Shown piece after piece: positions 1 to 11,400 of a stretch of DNA of 64,000 bases. A model generated the notes under the pieces. That model made no database searches. It was not told the DNA's origin and saw only the letters and a program-made list of their open reading frames with translations. Position 1 is the stretch's first letter. The number at the start of each line of letters is the position of its first letter. This DNA is from Macrostomum lignano. Its lineage: Eukaryota. Made by a program: the position numbers and the translations under genes. The stretch is from contig NIVC01000099.1 in assembly GCA_002269645.1 (NCBI GenBank), forward strand, positions 682,001-746,000, read 5' to 3'.

Positions 1-1739
1 CCGTGATTGCCTGGATTGCCTACTGCACTGTGTCTGCCTTGAACTACCTGAAAGAGCATCTCAAGATGATGCATAGGTAAGTTCAGTGGTTCTTGGTTTT
101 TGGTTTCTCCAATGAGATATTGAAAATCCCAGATATTTACAATCCCTATTTAGATATTTGCAATCCATTCAGATATTTAAAATCCATATCCATATTCAGA
201 GATTGCAAATCACATTCAGATAATAAAAATGTAAAATCCCCATTCAGATATTTGCAATCCCCATTCAGATATTTAAAATCCCCATTCAGATATTTGCAAT
301 CCCCATTCAGATATTTGCAATCCCCATTCAGATATTTAAAATCCCCATTCAGATATTTAAAATCCCCATTCAGATATTAAAAATCCCTATTCAGATATTT
401 ACAATCCCCATTCAGATATTGGAAATCCCCATTCAGATATTAAAAATCCCCATTTAGATGTAACCGCAAATACACATCCAGGTGTAAAGTACATAGAAAG
501 GAATTCGCAATTAGCTGTAGTGTCTCTTCACCACAACCGCAGAGACGTGAAGCCCAGCAACATCCTGGCCGACCGCTCTGGCCGGGTGAAGCTGTGCGAC
601 TTTGGCATCGCTGGCAACCTGGTGGACAGCATCGCTAAGACCCGGGACGCCGGCTGCCGGCCATACATGGCCCCCGAGCGTATCGACCATCAGCGAATGC
701 AGGACGGCTACGATGTGCGCAGCGACATCTGGTCTCTGGGCATCTCCCTGTACGAGCTCTGCACCGGCCGCTTCCCCTACAAGCAGTGGAGCACCATGTT
801 TGAGCAGCTCGAGCAGGTAAGCACTGGTGTCTTTGAGGGTGCACTGGTGTCTGAGGGTGCACAGGTAGCTTTGGTGACTCACAGGTAGCTTTGGTGACTC
901 ACAGGTAGCTTTGGTGACTCACAGGTAGCTTTGGTGACTCACAGGTAGCTTTGGTGACTCACAGGTAGCTTTGGTGACTCACGGGTAGTTTTGGTGACTC
1001 ACAGGTAGCTTTGGTGACTCACAGGTAGCTTTGGTGACTCACAGGTAGTTTTGGTGACTCACAGGTAGCTTTGGTGACTCACGGGTAGTTTTGGTGACTC
1101 ACGGGTAGTTTTGGTGACTCACAGGTAGCTTTGGTGACTCACAAGTAGCTTTAGTGACTCACAGGTAGCTTTGGTGACTCACAGGTAGCTTTGGTGACTC
1201 ACAGGTAGCTTTGGTGACTCACAGGTAGCTTTGGTGACTCACAAGTAGCTTTAGTGACTCACAGGTAGCTTTGGTGACTCACATGTAGCTTTGGTGACTC
1301 ACGGGTAGTTTTGGTGACTCACAGGTAGCTTTGGTGACTCACAAGTAGCTTTAGTGACTCACAGGTAGCTTTGGTGACTCACATGTAGCTTTGGTGACTC
1401 ACGGGTAGTTTTGGTGACTCACAGGTAGCTTTGGTGACTCACGGGTAGCTTTGGTGACTCACAAGCAGCTCGGCAACTTTGCAGGTGGTAAAAAGCGACC
1501 CGCCGCGCCTGACGGACGACCGGTTTAGCGCCAACGCGCACAACTTTGTAAACTTCTGCCTGACCAAAGATGTGCAGAGGCGGCCCAAGTACCGGGCGCT
1601 GCTGCAGCACAGCTTCCTCACGTCCGGCCCGGATCGGGGGGCCTCCGCCAGCTTCTTTGACTTCGTTCTGACCAGCTGCGTGCCGGAGGGCGGCGCTGCC
1701 GGCGGCATCAACGAGCTGGTGTCCGCCCTGCGCATCTGA
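1..1739 (+). CDS. MAP2K4: Dual-specificity MAP kinase kinase 4 (MKK4/SEK1), 3' part; exons 1-76, 543-816, 1485-1739; 5' exons lie outside the window
   Basis: Spliced frame reads ..NYLKEHLKMMHR/DVKPSNIL..KLCDFGIAGNLVDSIAKTRDAGCRPYMAPERID..YDVRSDIWSLGISLYEL..FEQLEQ/VVKSDPPRL..stop. DSIAKTRDAGCRPYMAPER is the MKK4 activation loop. GT-AG junctions at 77/542 (phase 2) and 817/1484 (phase 0). Confidence 0.93.
122..457. repeat. 21-bp minisatellite (AAATCCCCATTCAGATATTT-), MKK4 intron
   Basis: CATTCAG recurs at 241, 262, 283, etc. Confidence 0.9.
860..1463. repeat. 20-bp minisatellite ACAGGTAGCTTTGGTGACTC, ~30 copies, MKK4 intron
   Basis: Three units per 60-base line, in register. Confidence 0.95.
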
Positions 1740-2204
1740 GATACGCGCCGTTGTACTTTCTCCTTTTTTAGATATAGAACAGCTGACTGTGTTTCTGTTT
1801 AATCTCTTTCAAAGCATAGCCTGAATTTCGCCGGGTTTTTCTGCATGAATTCCCCTGAATTTACTTTGGCGTTTTTCTTGACCAAGATTTCCCCATAGTG
1901 AGACGAGGTCTCGATAAGTTAAACATGGAGAATTCCCTTCGGGATTTTCTATAGTTTTTCCAACCCTGTATTTCCGTATGAGATTCTCCAACTTCCAACT
2001 TCCTCCATCTTATTCGCCACTTGTTCACCTCTTTCATAACTGTTCGCGTTTCACTGCTTTGCAATTTGACCTCTCTAAAGCAATTTTAGAGGTTATATGT
2101 TTATAATTTTGTAATTATTTCAATAATTAAGATTTAATCTGAGTCCCAATTTTACTGCCCTCTGGTTGGATTTCCGTGTTTTTGTTGCCCGCAGCAGGCA
2201 GAGC

Positions 2205-2923
2205 CCACGACCCACTCCGTCAGTCCAGATGTACGCAGAAGGCAGAGAGCCCCCACCCCCAAACCACCAGTCCAGATGTACGCAGAAGGCAGAGAGCCCC
2301 CACCCCCAAACCACCAGTCCAGATGTACGCAGAAGGCAGAGAGCCCCCACCCCCAAACCACCAGTCCAGATGTACGCAGAAGGCAGAGAGCCCCCACCCC
2401 CAAACCACCAGTCCAGATGTACGCAGAAGGCAGAGAGCCCCCACCCCCAAACCACCAGTCCAGATGTACGCAGAAGACAGAGAGCCCCCACCCCCAATCC
2501 ACCAGTCCAGATGTACGCAGAAGACAGAGCCCCCACCCCACTTCTCCAGTCCAGATGTACGCAGAAGGCAGAGAGCCCCCACCCCCAAACCACCAGTCCA
2601 GATGTACGCAGAAGGCAGAGAGCCCCCACCCCCAAACCACCAGTCCAGATGTACGCAGAAGGCAGAGAGCCCCCACCCCAAACCACCAGTCCAGATGTAC
2701 GCAGAAGGCAGAGAGCCCCCACCCCCAAACCACCAGTCCAGATGTACGCAGAAGGCAGAGAGCCCCCACCCCCAATCCACCAGTCCAGATGTACGCAGAA
2801 GACAGAGCCCCCACCCCACTTCACCAGTCCAGATGTACGCAGAAGGCAGAGAGCCCCTACCTCACTCCGCCAGTCCAGATGTACGCAGAAGGCAGAGTCC
2901 CCACCCACTCCGCCAGTCCAGAT
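2205..2923. repeat. 47-bp minisatellite CAGTCCAGATGTACGCAGAAGGCAGAGAGCCCCCACCCCCAAACCAC, ~15 copies
   Basis: Period 47 (2221, 2268, ...); source of the ORFs at 2120-2971. Confidence 0.95.
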
Positions 2924-3281
2924 GTTGTTTTGTTGATTGCATGCTCTGCGCAGGTCTTTTCGGCTAAATGATCAACTGACTATTTTTGTTTGTTTTCTTG
3001 CGCATGTTTCCTGCTGTTATTTGATAGCAGAAAAGATTATAAGTTTCTTGTTTAGCTATTTTTTACGTTTTTGGTGCAACACTGCGCAACATTTGCACAC
3101 AATTTTTACGGTGCATTTTCGCATGCAATTAAGATTAGTGACACCGCAGTTTCGTGTCTGGAAAATTTAAACTCGTATTTGAATTCACTGAATATTGCCG
3201 CAGCTTGCAAGCTTGGATTTTCGCATGTTTTTTAAAAATATTATTATGGTTAAATTTCTGCCTAAAACTGACAATCATCCA

Positions 3282-3905
3282 TCGGACACCCAACTCGGAC
3301 ACTCATACACGGGACACCCCACTCGGAGACTCATTTACCGGATACCCCATTTGGACATTCATACACCGGACACCCACTCGGACACCCCACTCGGACACTC
3401 ACACCGGCCACCCCACTCGGAGACTCATTTACCGGACACCCCATTTGGACACTCATACACCGGACACCCCACTCGGACACCCTCTCGGACACTCATACAC
3501 CGGACACCCCACTCGGACACTCATTCACCGGACACGGACATCCTACTCGAACACTTATAGACCGGAAACCCCACTCGGACACTCATTTACCGGACACCCC
3601 ATTTGGACATTCGTACACCGGACACCCACTCGGACACTCATGCACCGGCCACCCCAATCGGAAACTTATTTACCGGACACCCCATTTGGACACTCATTCA
3701 CCGGACATCCTACTCGAACACTTATAGACCGGAAACCCCACTCGGACACTCATTTACCGGACACCCCACTCGCACACCCTCTCGGACACTCATTCACCGG
3801 ACATCCCAATCGAACACTTATAGACCGGAAACCCCACTCGGACACTCATTCACCGGACACCCCACTCGGACACTCATTCACCGGAAACCCCACTCGGACA
3901 CCCAT
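3282..3905. repeat. Compound minisatellite built on CCGGACACCCCACTCGGACACTCATTCA
   Basis: GGACAC core with several alternating variants and a higher-order block containing ACACTTATAGACCGGAAACCCC three times. Confidence 0.9.
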
Positions 3906-4445
3906 CAGACTAATTAATCTTTGTCGTTAAATTTTTGCACAGGTTGCTTTTCTGTTTTCACGCCTTACTCTGGTGCCCCGCTCTGTACACTGCGCTCTCG
4001 TCTATGCGCGATCCACACCGGACAAACTTGTTAAACTCGCAATTGCCCAAGTCCATCGCTCACTCGCTCTTGCGCACCTTGCATGTTGTCCAAGCAATAT
4101 TGTCTTAGTCTTTGTAGCGACACCAGAGTCTATTTAATATATGCCTCTGTTTTCTCTTTTGCAAATTGATGTTATTTGATTAATTGATTTATTAATTACC
4201 TGCCGCGCTGTTGTCTTCAGTTTCCATTCCCTGACTCAAATTTTGCGTGACTTCTTGTGCTACTGTGGGTCTAATTTCTAGCGTATAAATAATGTTAGTT
4301 TAGCTTGGTCGCGAAGCAATACTAATACTGTAGCTTTACTTGTGGACTGATTCGTAAGAAATATGACCATTATTTGTGTCCTTTTTCATGCGTCTTCCTC
4401 AGTACTAATCCTTTTCAGGATAAGAAAACAGTTAGGGATTGTTGG

Positions 4446-5050
4446 TGCATGAAGGATTCTGGGATTCTAGTTGGGGATTTGTGGATTGGGATTCTAGGTA
4501 GGGATTTAAGGATTATGATTCTAGCTAGGGATTCTGGGATTTTAGCTGGGGATTCTGGGATTCTAGCTAGGGATTCTGGGATTCTAGCTGGGGATTCTGG
4601 GAATCTAGTTAGGGATTCTGGGAATCTAGTTGGGAATTCTGAGATTCTAGTTGGGGATTCTGAGATTCTAGTTGGGGATTCTGAGATTCTAGTTGGGGAT
4701 TCTGGGATTCTAGTTGGGGATTCTGGGATTCTAGTTGGGGATTCTGGGAATCTAGTTGGGGATTCTGAGATTCTAGTTGGGGATTCTGAGATTCTAGTTG
4801 GGGATTCTGGGAATCTAGTTGGGGATTCTGGGAATCTAGTTAGGGATTCTGGGAATCTAGTTGGGGATTCTGGGAATCTAGTTGGGGATTCTGAGATTCT
4901 AGTTGGGGATTCTGAGATTCTAGTTGGGGATTCTGGGAATCTAGTTAGGGATTCTGGGAATCTAGTTGGGGATTCTGGGAATCTAGTTAGGGATTCTGGG
5001 AATCTAGTTAGGGATTCTGGGAATCTAGTTAGGGATTCTGAGATTCTAGC
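4446..5050. repeat. 21-bp minisatellite GGGATTCTG(A/G)GAATCTAGTT-, ~28 copies
   Basis: 7-aa period (DSGNLVG) in the ORF track. Confidence 0.92.
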
Positions 5051-5180
5051 TTGCATTCTACTCGTAAAACCGTTAAATCGATTCGCCATCTTCATAACTT
5101 GGCACTTTCTGCAATACGGTTAATTGCTTCTATTAAAAAAGTCAAATCCAAAAGCAGACGCAGCACCAGCAGAAGCAGCA

Positions 5181-8100
5181 ATGCGCAAGAAGCAGTCTTC
5201 CACGCGCCGAATGGCCGGCAGCGACGAAGACGACTTGGAGGCCACCGCGGCCGGCGAGCCTCCCAGCCCGCCGCCGAACGGCAACGGCGGCGCCGATGCG
5301 GGAGCAGAAGATTCGCAGGCAAAAGCAGCAGAAGGTGGAGAAGAAGCCGTACGAGAAGCAGAAGAGGCTGGGGCCAGAGAAGAATCTGCGGCGACGCCCG
5401 TCAGCACGAGGACTCGCGGCAGCAGCGGCGGCGGCGGCACGCACACCTCCCCGGTGTCGGCGCCCGGCATCTACGACACGGTGAAGTGCACCGCCTGCGG
5501 CAAGCGGGTGAACCCCTACAACGGCACCATGCAGCTGCACCCCATGCTCAGCGTGCTGGTCTGCCAGCGCTGCTACAAGTTTTATCGCACCGGCCAGTTT
5601 GACATCGACCACGACGGCAAGGAGAACCAGTGCCGCTGGTGCGGCGAGGGTGGCTCCCTGATCTGCTGCGACCGCTGCCAGCACTCCTTCTGCAAGTCCT
5701 GCATCCGCAGGAACCTCGGCCGCTCGGCGCTGCAAGGCGTTGAGGAGCTGCCCGATGATGCCGTCTGGAGCTGCTACATGTGCGACTCTGCGCCGCTGCT
5801 GGAACTGCAGGTGAGCTCGGCATTTCTCATCCTGGGCTCGGGTCAGCACTCTCTGCTTCAGCAACTAGCTCTCAGATCCTCATTTGCTAGGCCAGCCTCC
5901 CAGAGTGTCAGTTGCTGGGCCAATCTCCCAGAGTGTCAGTTGCTGGGCCAACCTCCCAGAGTGTCAGTTGCTGGGCCAACCTCCCAGAGTGTCAGTTGCT
6001 GGGCCAATCTCCCAGAGTGTTAGTTGCTGGGCCAACCTCCCAGAGTGTCAGTTGCTGGGCCAATATCCCAGAGTGTTAGTTGCTGGGCCAGCCTCCCAGA
6101 GTGTCAGTTGCTAGGCCAGCCTCCCAGAGTGTCAGTTGCTGGGCCAGCCTCCCAGAGTGTCAGTTGCTGGGCCAGCCTCCCAGTGTCAGTTGCTGGGCCA
6201 GCTTCCCAAGTCCCCAGTTGCTGGGCCAGCCTCCAAAGTCCCCAGTTGCTGGGCCAGCCTCCCAAGTCCCCAGTTGCTGGGCCAGCCTCCCAAGTCCCCA
6301 GTTGCTGGGCCAGCCTCCCAAGTCCCCAGTTGCTGGGCCAGCGTCCAAGTCCCCAGTTGCTGGGCCAGCCTCCCAAGTCCCCAGTTGCTGGGCCAGCGTC
6401 CAAGTCCCCAGTTGCTGGGCCGTCGCCCCTCTTTACAGTGATTCCCCAACAGCCAACTCAACTCTCCCTGCCCCACCCGCAGGCGGAGGCCCGGGTTGTC
6501 ATGCAGGCGGTGCGTGATAAGTACAGCACCGAGGCGGCGCGCAGCCGCAAGCAGCAACAGCACCAGCAGCTAAAACTGCAGCAGCAAAAGCAGCAGCAGC
6601 AGCAGAGGCTTCAGCAGCGCCAGGGGGCAGCTTCAGCAGCGCCAGCAGGCGGCTTCATGGGCCTGAAGCTGGACATGAGCTCGGTGCCCAGGCTGCCCGG
6701 CACCACAGCGGCGATGGCAACCACAGCCGGGGCGATGTCTGGCGGCCTCAGCAAGCAGCAGCAGCAGCAGCGCCAGCGGCAGCAGCTTCTCATGCAGCAG
6801 CAGCAGCGGTTCGCCCAGTCCGTGCCGCGGCTGCCGGCTGCCGCCGGCTCCTCCCAGTTGGCTCTGCAGCGCCAGCAGCAGCAGCAGCTTCAACAGCTGC
6901 AGAAATTGCAACAACAGCAGCAGCAGCAGCTGCAGCAGAGGCAGCGCGCAATGGCAGCAGCTGGCAGCAGTGCGGTGATGACGGAGCAGTGGTACAAGAA
7001 GAACGTCCGCATCGAGTCCATCCTGGCCGATATCGAGTCCGTGAACACTTATAACATTGGCCCAGCGCTCAATGCCACGGTCACCCTGCTGCAGGGCATG
7101 ATGCGCCAGTACAGCCGCCTGCTGCAGGATCTGGCCGCGGTCAGGTCAGTTCGCTGGCTGGGGTTTTTTTTGGGGAATTCTCTTGCTTGGCGGGATTTTA
7201 GTGAGATTTCCATGACGGTGGATTCTCTTTGATGAATTTCCATAGGAGGGTGGATTTTCCTTGCGGGGAATTTCCATAGGAGTGTTGATTCTCCTTGCCA
7301 TATGAGGGTAGAGTCTCCTTGTGGGGAATTTCCATAGGAGGGTGGATTTTCCTTGCGGGGAATTTCCATTGTGTCGTGTAGCTACCAGTATGTGCATGCA
7401 CTCAGTACGAGTACTAGTATTGATTTGTATTTGTACTTTCCTATTATTTCTTTCTCTATTATTATCTACGCAAGTTTGGCACGTTAGGTTTGAGTTATTG
7501 CTATTTGAGTTATGGCCAAATTGTGTACGCTTAAATTATGTCATCACTCTCGCGCACGTAGCATCGCTTTACAATATAAATACAGACATCAGAGCTTTGA
7601 TAGCTCTCTCGTAGTCTTCAACCACTTTAAACAAGCAGCATAGCTGATTTACCACACATAGGAGTGTTGATTCTCCTTGCCATGAGGGTAGAGTCTCCTT
7701 GTGGGGAATTTCCGAATTTCCATAGGAGGGTAGACTCTCCTTGCCATGAGGGTAGAGTCTCCTTGTGGGGAATTTCCATAGGAGTGTTGATTCTCCTTGC
7801 CATGAGGGTAGAGTCTCCTTGTGGGGAATTTCCATAGGAGGGTAGACTCTCCTTGCCATGAGGGTAGAGTCTCCTTGTGGGGAATTTCCATAGGAGTGTT
7901 GATTCTCCTTGCCATGAGGGTAGAGTCTCCTTGTGGGGAATTTCCGAATTTCCATAGGAGGGTAGACTCTCCTTGCCATGAGGGTAGAGTCTCCTTGTGG
8001 GGAATTTCCATAGGAGTGTTGATTCTCCTTGCCATGAGGGTAGAGTCTCCTTGTGGGGAATTCCCATAGGAGGGTGGATTCTCCTTGTGGGGAATTCCCA

Positions 8101-9841
8101 TAGGAGGGTTGGATTCTCCTTGCGGGGGAATTCCCATAGGAGGGTTGGATTCTCCTTGTGGGGAATTCCCATAGGAGGGTGGATTCTCCTTGTGGGGAAT
8201 TTCCATAGGAGGGCAGACTCTCCTTGCGGGGGAATTCCCATAGGAGAGTGGATTCTCCTTGTGAGGAATTTCCATAGGAGGGTGGATTCTCCTTGTGGGG
8301 AATTTCCATAGGAGTGTTGATTTTCCTTGTGGGCAATTTCCATAGGAGGGTGAATTCTCCTTACGGGGAATTTCCATAGGAGAGTGTATTCTCCTTGCGG
8401 GGAATTTCAATAGAGGGGTGAATTCCTGCAGGGAATTTCCATGCTAGGGCTTGCTCTCCTTTATGACTTTTTTCGAACGTTAAAAACTCAAAAGTAACTT
8501 CAAATATACAAAATTGACCTTTGATTGACTTAACCTGACCCCGCATAACCCCGTCTCCCCGAACACAGGACCAACCAGGACCGGGCCCAGGTGGTGTCCC
8601 GATTCAAGAGCGCCTACCGGATGCACCTGTTCCTGCGCCTCGGCAAGCTGCGCAGCCTCATTGCCGAGCAGGACCGCCACTCCGTGCGCAAGGCCGCGCC
8701 AGCCGGAGCCGCCGCCGCCACGCCGAAGCCGGCCGGCCTCTCCCTGGCCTCCGTGCTGCCGCAGTCCTCGGCGTCAACGATGGCTGCCGCGGCGGCGCTG
8801 CAGCTGCCTGGCACCGCCAGCAAGACAGTGATGGACGCGCAGGGCCAGGCGATCCCCATCGCCGAGCTGCTGCCCGAGCTGAACCGCAACATCCGGGAGA
8901 TGATCGAGCGGCAGAACCAGGCCCGCAGGGACTCCGAAGCCGCCGCCGCGGCTGCCGCGTCCGGCGTTGCCATTGTCAGCGGTGGCGAGTCGGTGGAAGC
9001 CGGCGGCGAAGGCGACATTGTTGTGCTGAGCGACGAGGAGGCCTCGTGCTCTTCCGGGGCGGACGGCATTGCGGAGCTTCTGGCGAAGCGGCGGCAGCGC
9101 GAGGCCGAGGCTTCCGCCGGCGCTGCGTCGGTCGCCACGTCGAAGTCGAGGAAGAAGAGCCAGCCGAGGAAGATCACCCTGCCCGCCACCAATCGGCGAA
9201 TCGCCCTCGGCGACGTTGACGACGAAGCCGAAGCTGGCAGCAACAGCAACGGCATCGGCGAGGACGCCGACGTCGACTACGGAAACGGCGCCGACGATTC
9301 GGCGATGCCACAGGTGGAGGCGATGAACGAAAATGGCGACGATGGGGCTGGCGAAGCGGCGTATGGCATGGAGGCCGACGCTGCTCCTGACGCTGCTCCC
9401 GGCGATGCTGGCGACGCTCCTAACGATGTTGGCGAAGCACTTGAAGATGTGGGCGAGGCTCCCGAGGATGTTGGTGAGGCTCCCGCCGATGTCGGCGAAG
9501 CTCCTGGCGACGCCAACAACGGCACGGAGGCTCCCACCAGCGATCGTGGCTCCGACGAGCCGTTCGACAGCGCCGACGCTGCCGCCGCGGATGTCGCCGC
9601 CGCGGTTGCCGCTGTAGCTGCGGCAGATGGCGACCAGTTCGAGCCGCTGTGGGCGACTCCGGGCGAGGAAGCTGGCCGGGGTGACAACGGGGATGGCGGC
9701 GGCTCCGTCAAGCGATGCCGCGCTGAAGATCCCGACGCAGCAGACGCCGATCAGGACGATGATGACGAGCCGGCGCACAAGCGGTCGCGGCCGCAGTCGC
9801 CCGGCAGTCTTGAGACGCCGCCTTCGTCCGTCACAGCTTGA
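5181..9841 (+). CDS. ATRX-like ADD (GATA-like + PHD zinc finger) protein without helicase domain, ~854 aa; exons 5181-5810, 6483-7144, 8569-9841
   Basis: Exon 1 encodes CTACGKRV..HPMLSVLVCQRCYKFY..DGKENQCRWCGEGGSLICCDRCQHSFCKSCIRRNLGR..WSCYMC, collinear with the ATRX ADD domain. Donor 5811 and acceptor 6482 (phase 0); donor 7145 and acceptor 8568 (phase 2) join the ORF-track frames. Downstream are poly-Q, a helical segment and an acidic low-complexity tail. ATG 5181 is assumed; an upstream exon is possible. Confidence 0.85.
5885..6420. repeat. 28-bp minisatellite GTTGCTGGGCCAGCCTCC(CAGAGTGTCA/CAAGTCCCCA), ADD gene intron 1
   Basis: Period 28; two unit types segregated into 5' and 3' halves. 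Confidence 0.92.
7235..8445. repeat. Minisatellite GGGGAATTTCCATAGGAG-..CTCCTT, ADD gene intron 2, interrupted by a unique AT-rich block at ~7370-7655
   Basis: ~34-bp units plus longer variants containing GCCATGAGGGTAGAGTCTCC. Confidence 0.9.
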
Positions 9842-9959
9842 GACAGTTGCCAGTAGCTTTTTGGCGTCTCCGACGCGGGACTGCTACTTGAAGTAGGATG
9901 CGCGCATATCAAATCGCAAATAGTGCTAAGTTTTCTATTAATAATGTTAAGTAAGCTGT

Positions 9960-11400
9960 TGCTAATCTAAACAATCAGGTCGAATGAATAGAATGGATTG
10001 CTAATCTAGCCAATCAGGTACAAAGGAATAGAATAAAATGCTAATCTAGCCAATCAGGTACGAAGGAATAGAATGGATTTCTAATCTAGCCAATCAGGTA
10101 CAAAGGAATGGAATTGATTGCTAATCTAGCCAATCAGGTACGAAGGAATAGAATGGATTGCTAATCTAACAATCTAGCCAATCAGGTACGAAGGAATGGA
10201 ATGGATTGCTAATCTAGCCAATCAGGTACGAAGGAATAGAATGGATTGCTAATCTAGCCAATCAGGTACAAAGGAATGGAATTGATTGCTAATCTAGCCA
10301 ATCAGGTACGAAGGAATAGAATCAATTGCTAATCTAACAATCTAGCCAATCAGGAGGTACGAAGGAATAGAATCAAATTGCTAATCTAACAATCTAGCAA
10401 ATCAGGTACGAAGGAATAGAATGGATTGCTAATCTAACAATCTAGCCAATCAGGTACAAATGAATAGAATGGATTGCTAATCTAACCATCTAGCCAATCA
10501 GGTACGAAGGAATGGAATGGATTGCTAATCTAGCCAATCAGGTACGAAGGAATAGAATGGATTGCTAATCTAGCCAATCAGGTACAAAGGAATGGAATTG
10601 ATTGCTAATCTAGCCAATCAGGTACGAAGGAATAGAATGGATTGCTAATCTAGCCAATCAGGTACAAAGGAATGGAATTGATTGCTAATCTAGCCAATCA
10701 GGTACGAAGGAATAGAATGGATTGCTAATCTAACAATCTAGCCAATCAGGTACGAAGGAATAGAATGGATTGCTAATCTAGCCAATCAGGTACAAAGGAA
10801 TAGAATGGATTGCTAATCTAGCCAATCAGGTAAAAAGGAATGGAATTGATTGCTAATCTAGCCAATCAGGTACGAAGGAATAGAATCAATTGCTAATCTA
10901 ACAATCTAGACAATCAGGTACGAAGGAATAGAATCAATTGCTAATCTAGCCAATCAGGTACAAAGGAATAGAATGGATTGCTAATCTAGCCAATCAGGTA
11001 CGAAGGAATGGAATGGATTGCTAATCTAGCCAATCAGGTACGAAGGAATGGAATGGATTGCTAATCTAGCCAATCAGGTACGAAGGAATGGAATGGATTG
11101 CTAATCTAGCCAATCAGGTACGAAGGAATGGAATGGATTGCTAGTCTAGCCAATCAGGTACGAATAAATAGAAAGGATTGCTAATCTAGCCAATCAGGTA
11201 CGAATGAATGGAATGGATTGCTAATCTAACAATCTAGCCAATCAGGTACGAAGGAATGGAATGGATTGCTAGTCTAGCCAATCAGGTACGAAGGAATGGA
11301 ATGGATTGCTAGTCTAGCCAATCAGGTACGAATGAATGGAATTGATTGCTAATCTAGCCAATCAGGTACGAATAAATAGAAAGGATTGCTAATCTAACCA
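9960..11400. repeat. ~40-48-bp minisatellite GCTAATCTAGCCAATCAGGTACGAAGGAATAGAATGGATT downstream of the ADD gene
   Basis: About 33 units; optional AACAATCT insert. Confidence 0.95.

Noticed and set aside
2120-5123. Long ORFs (220-263 aa) in several frames
   Set aside because: Translations of stop-free minisatellites, open on both strands, with no domain content or splice support.
5460-5810. DNMT3/DNMT3L as the source of the ADD domain
   Set aside because: No PWWP or methyltransferase motifs; the sequence pattern (HPxLxVLVC, CIRRNLGR) follows ATRX more closely.
8614-9778. Antisense ORFs over ADD exon 3 (similar ones overlap paramyosin, TRIM37 and contactin exons)
   Set aside because: Expected shadow ORFs of GC-rich coding sequence; no independent features.
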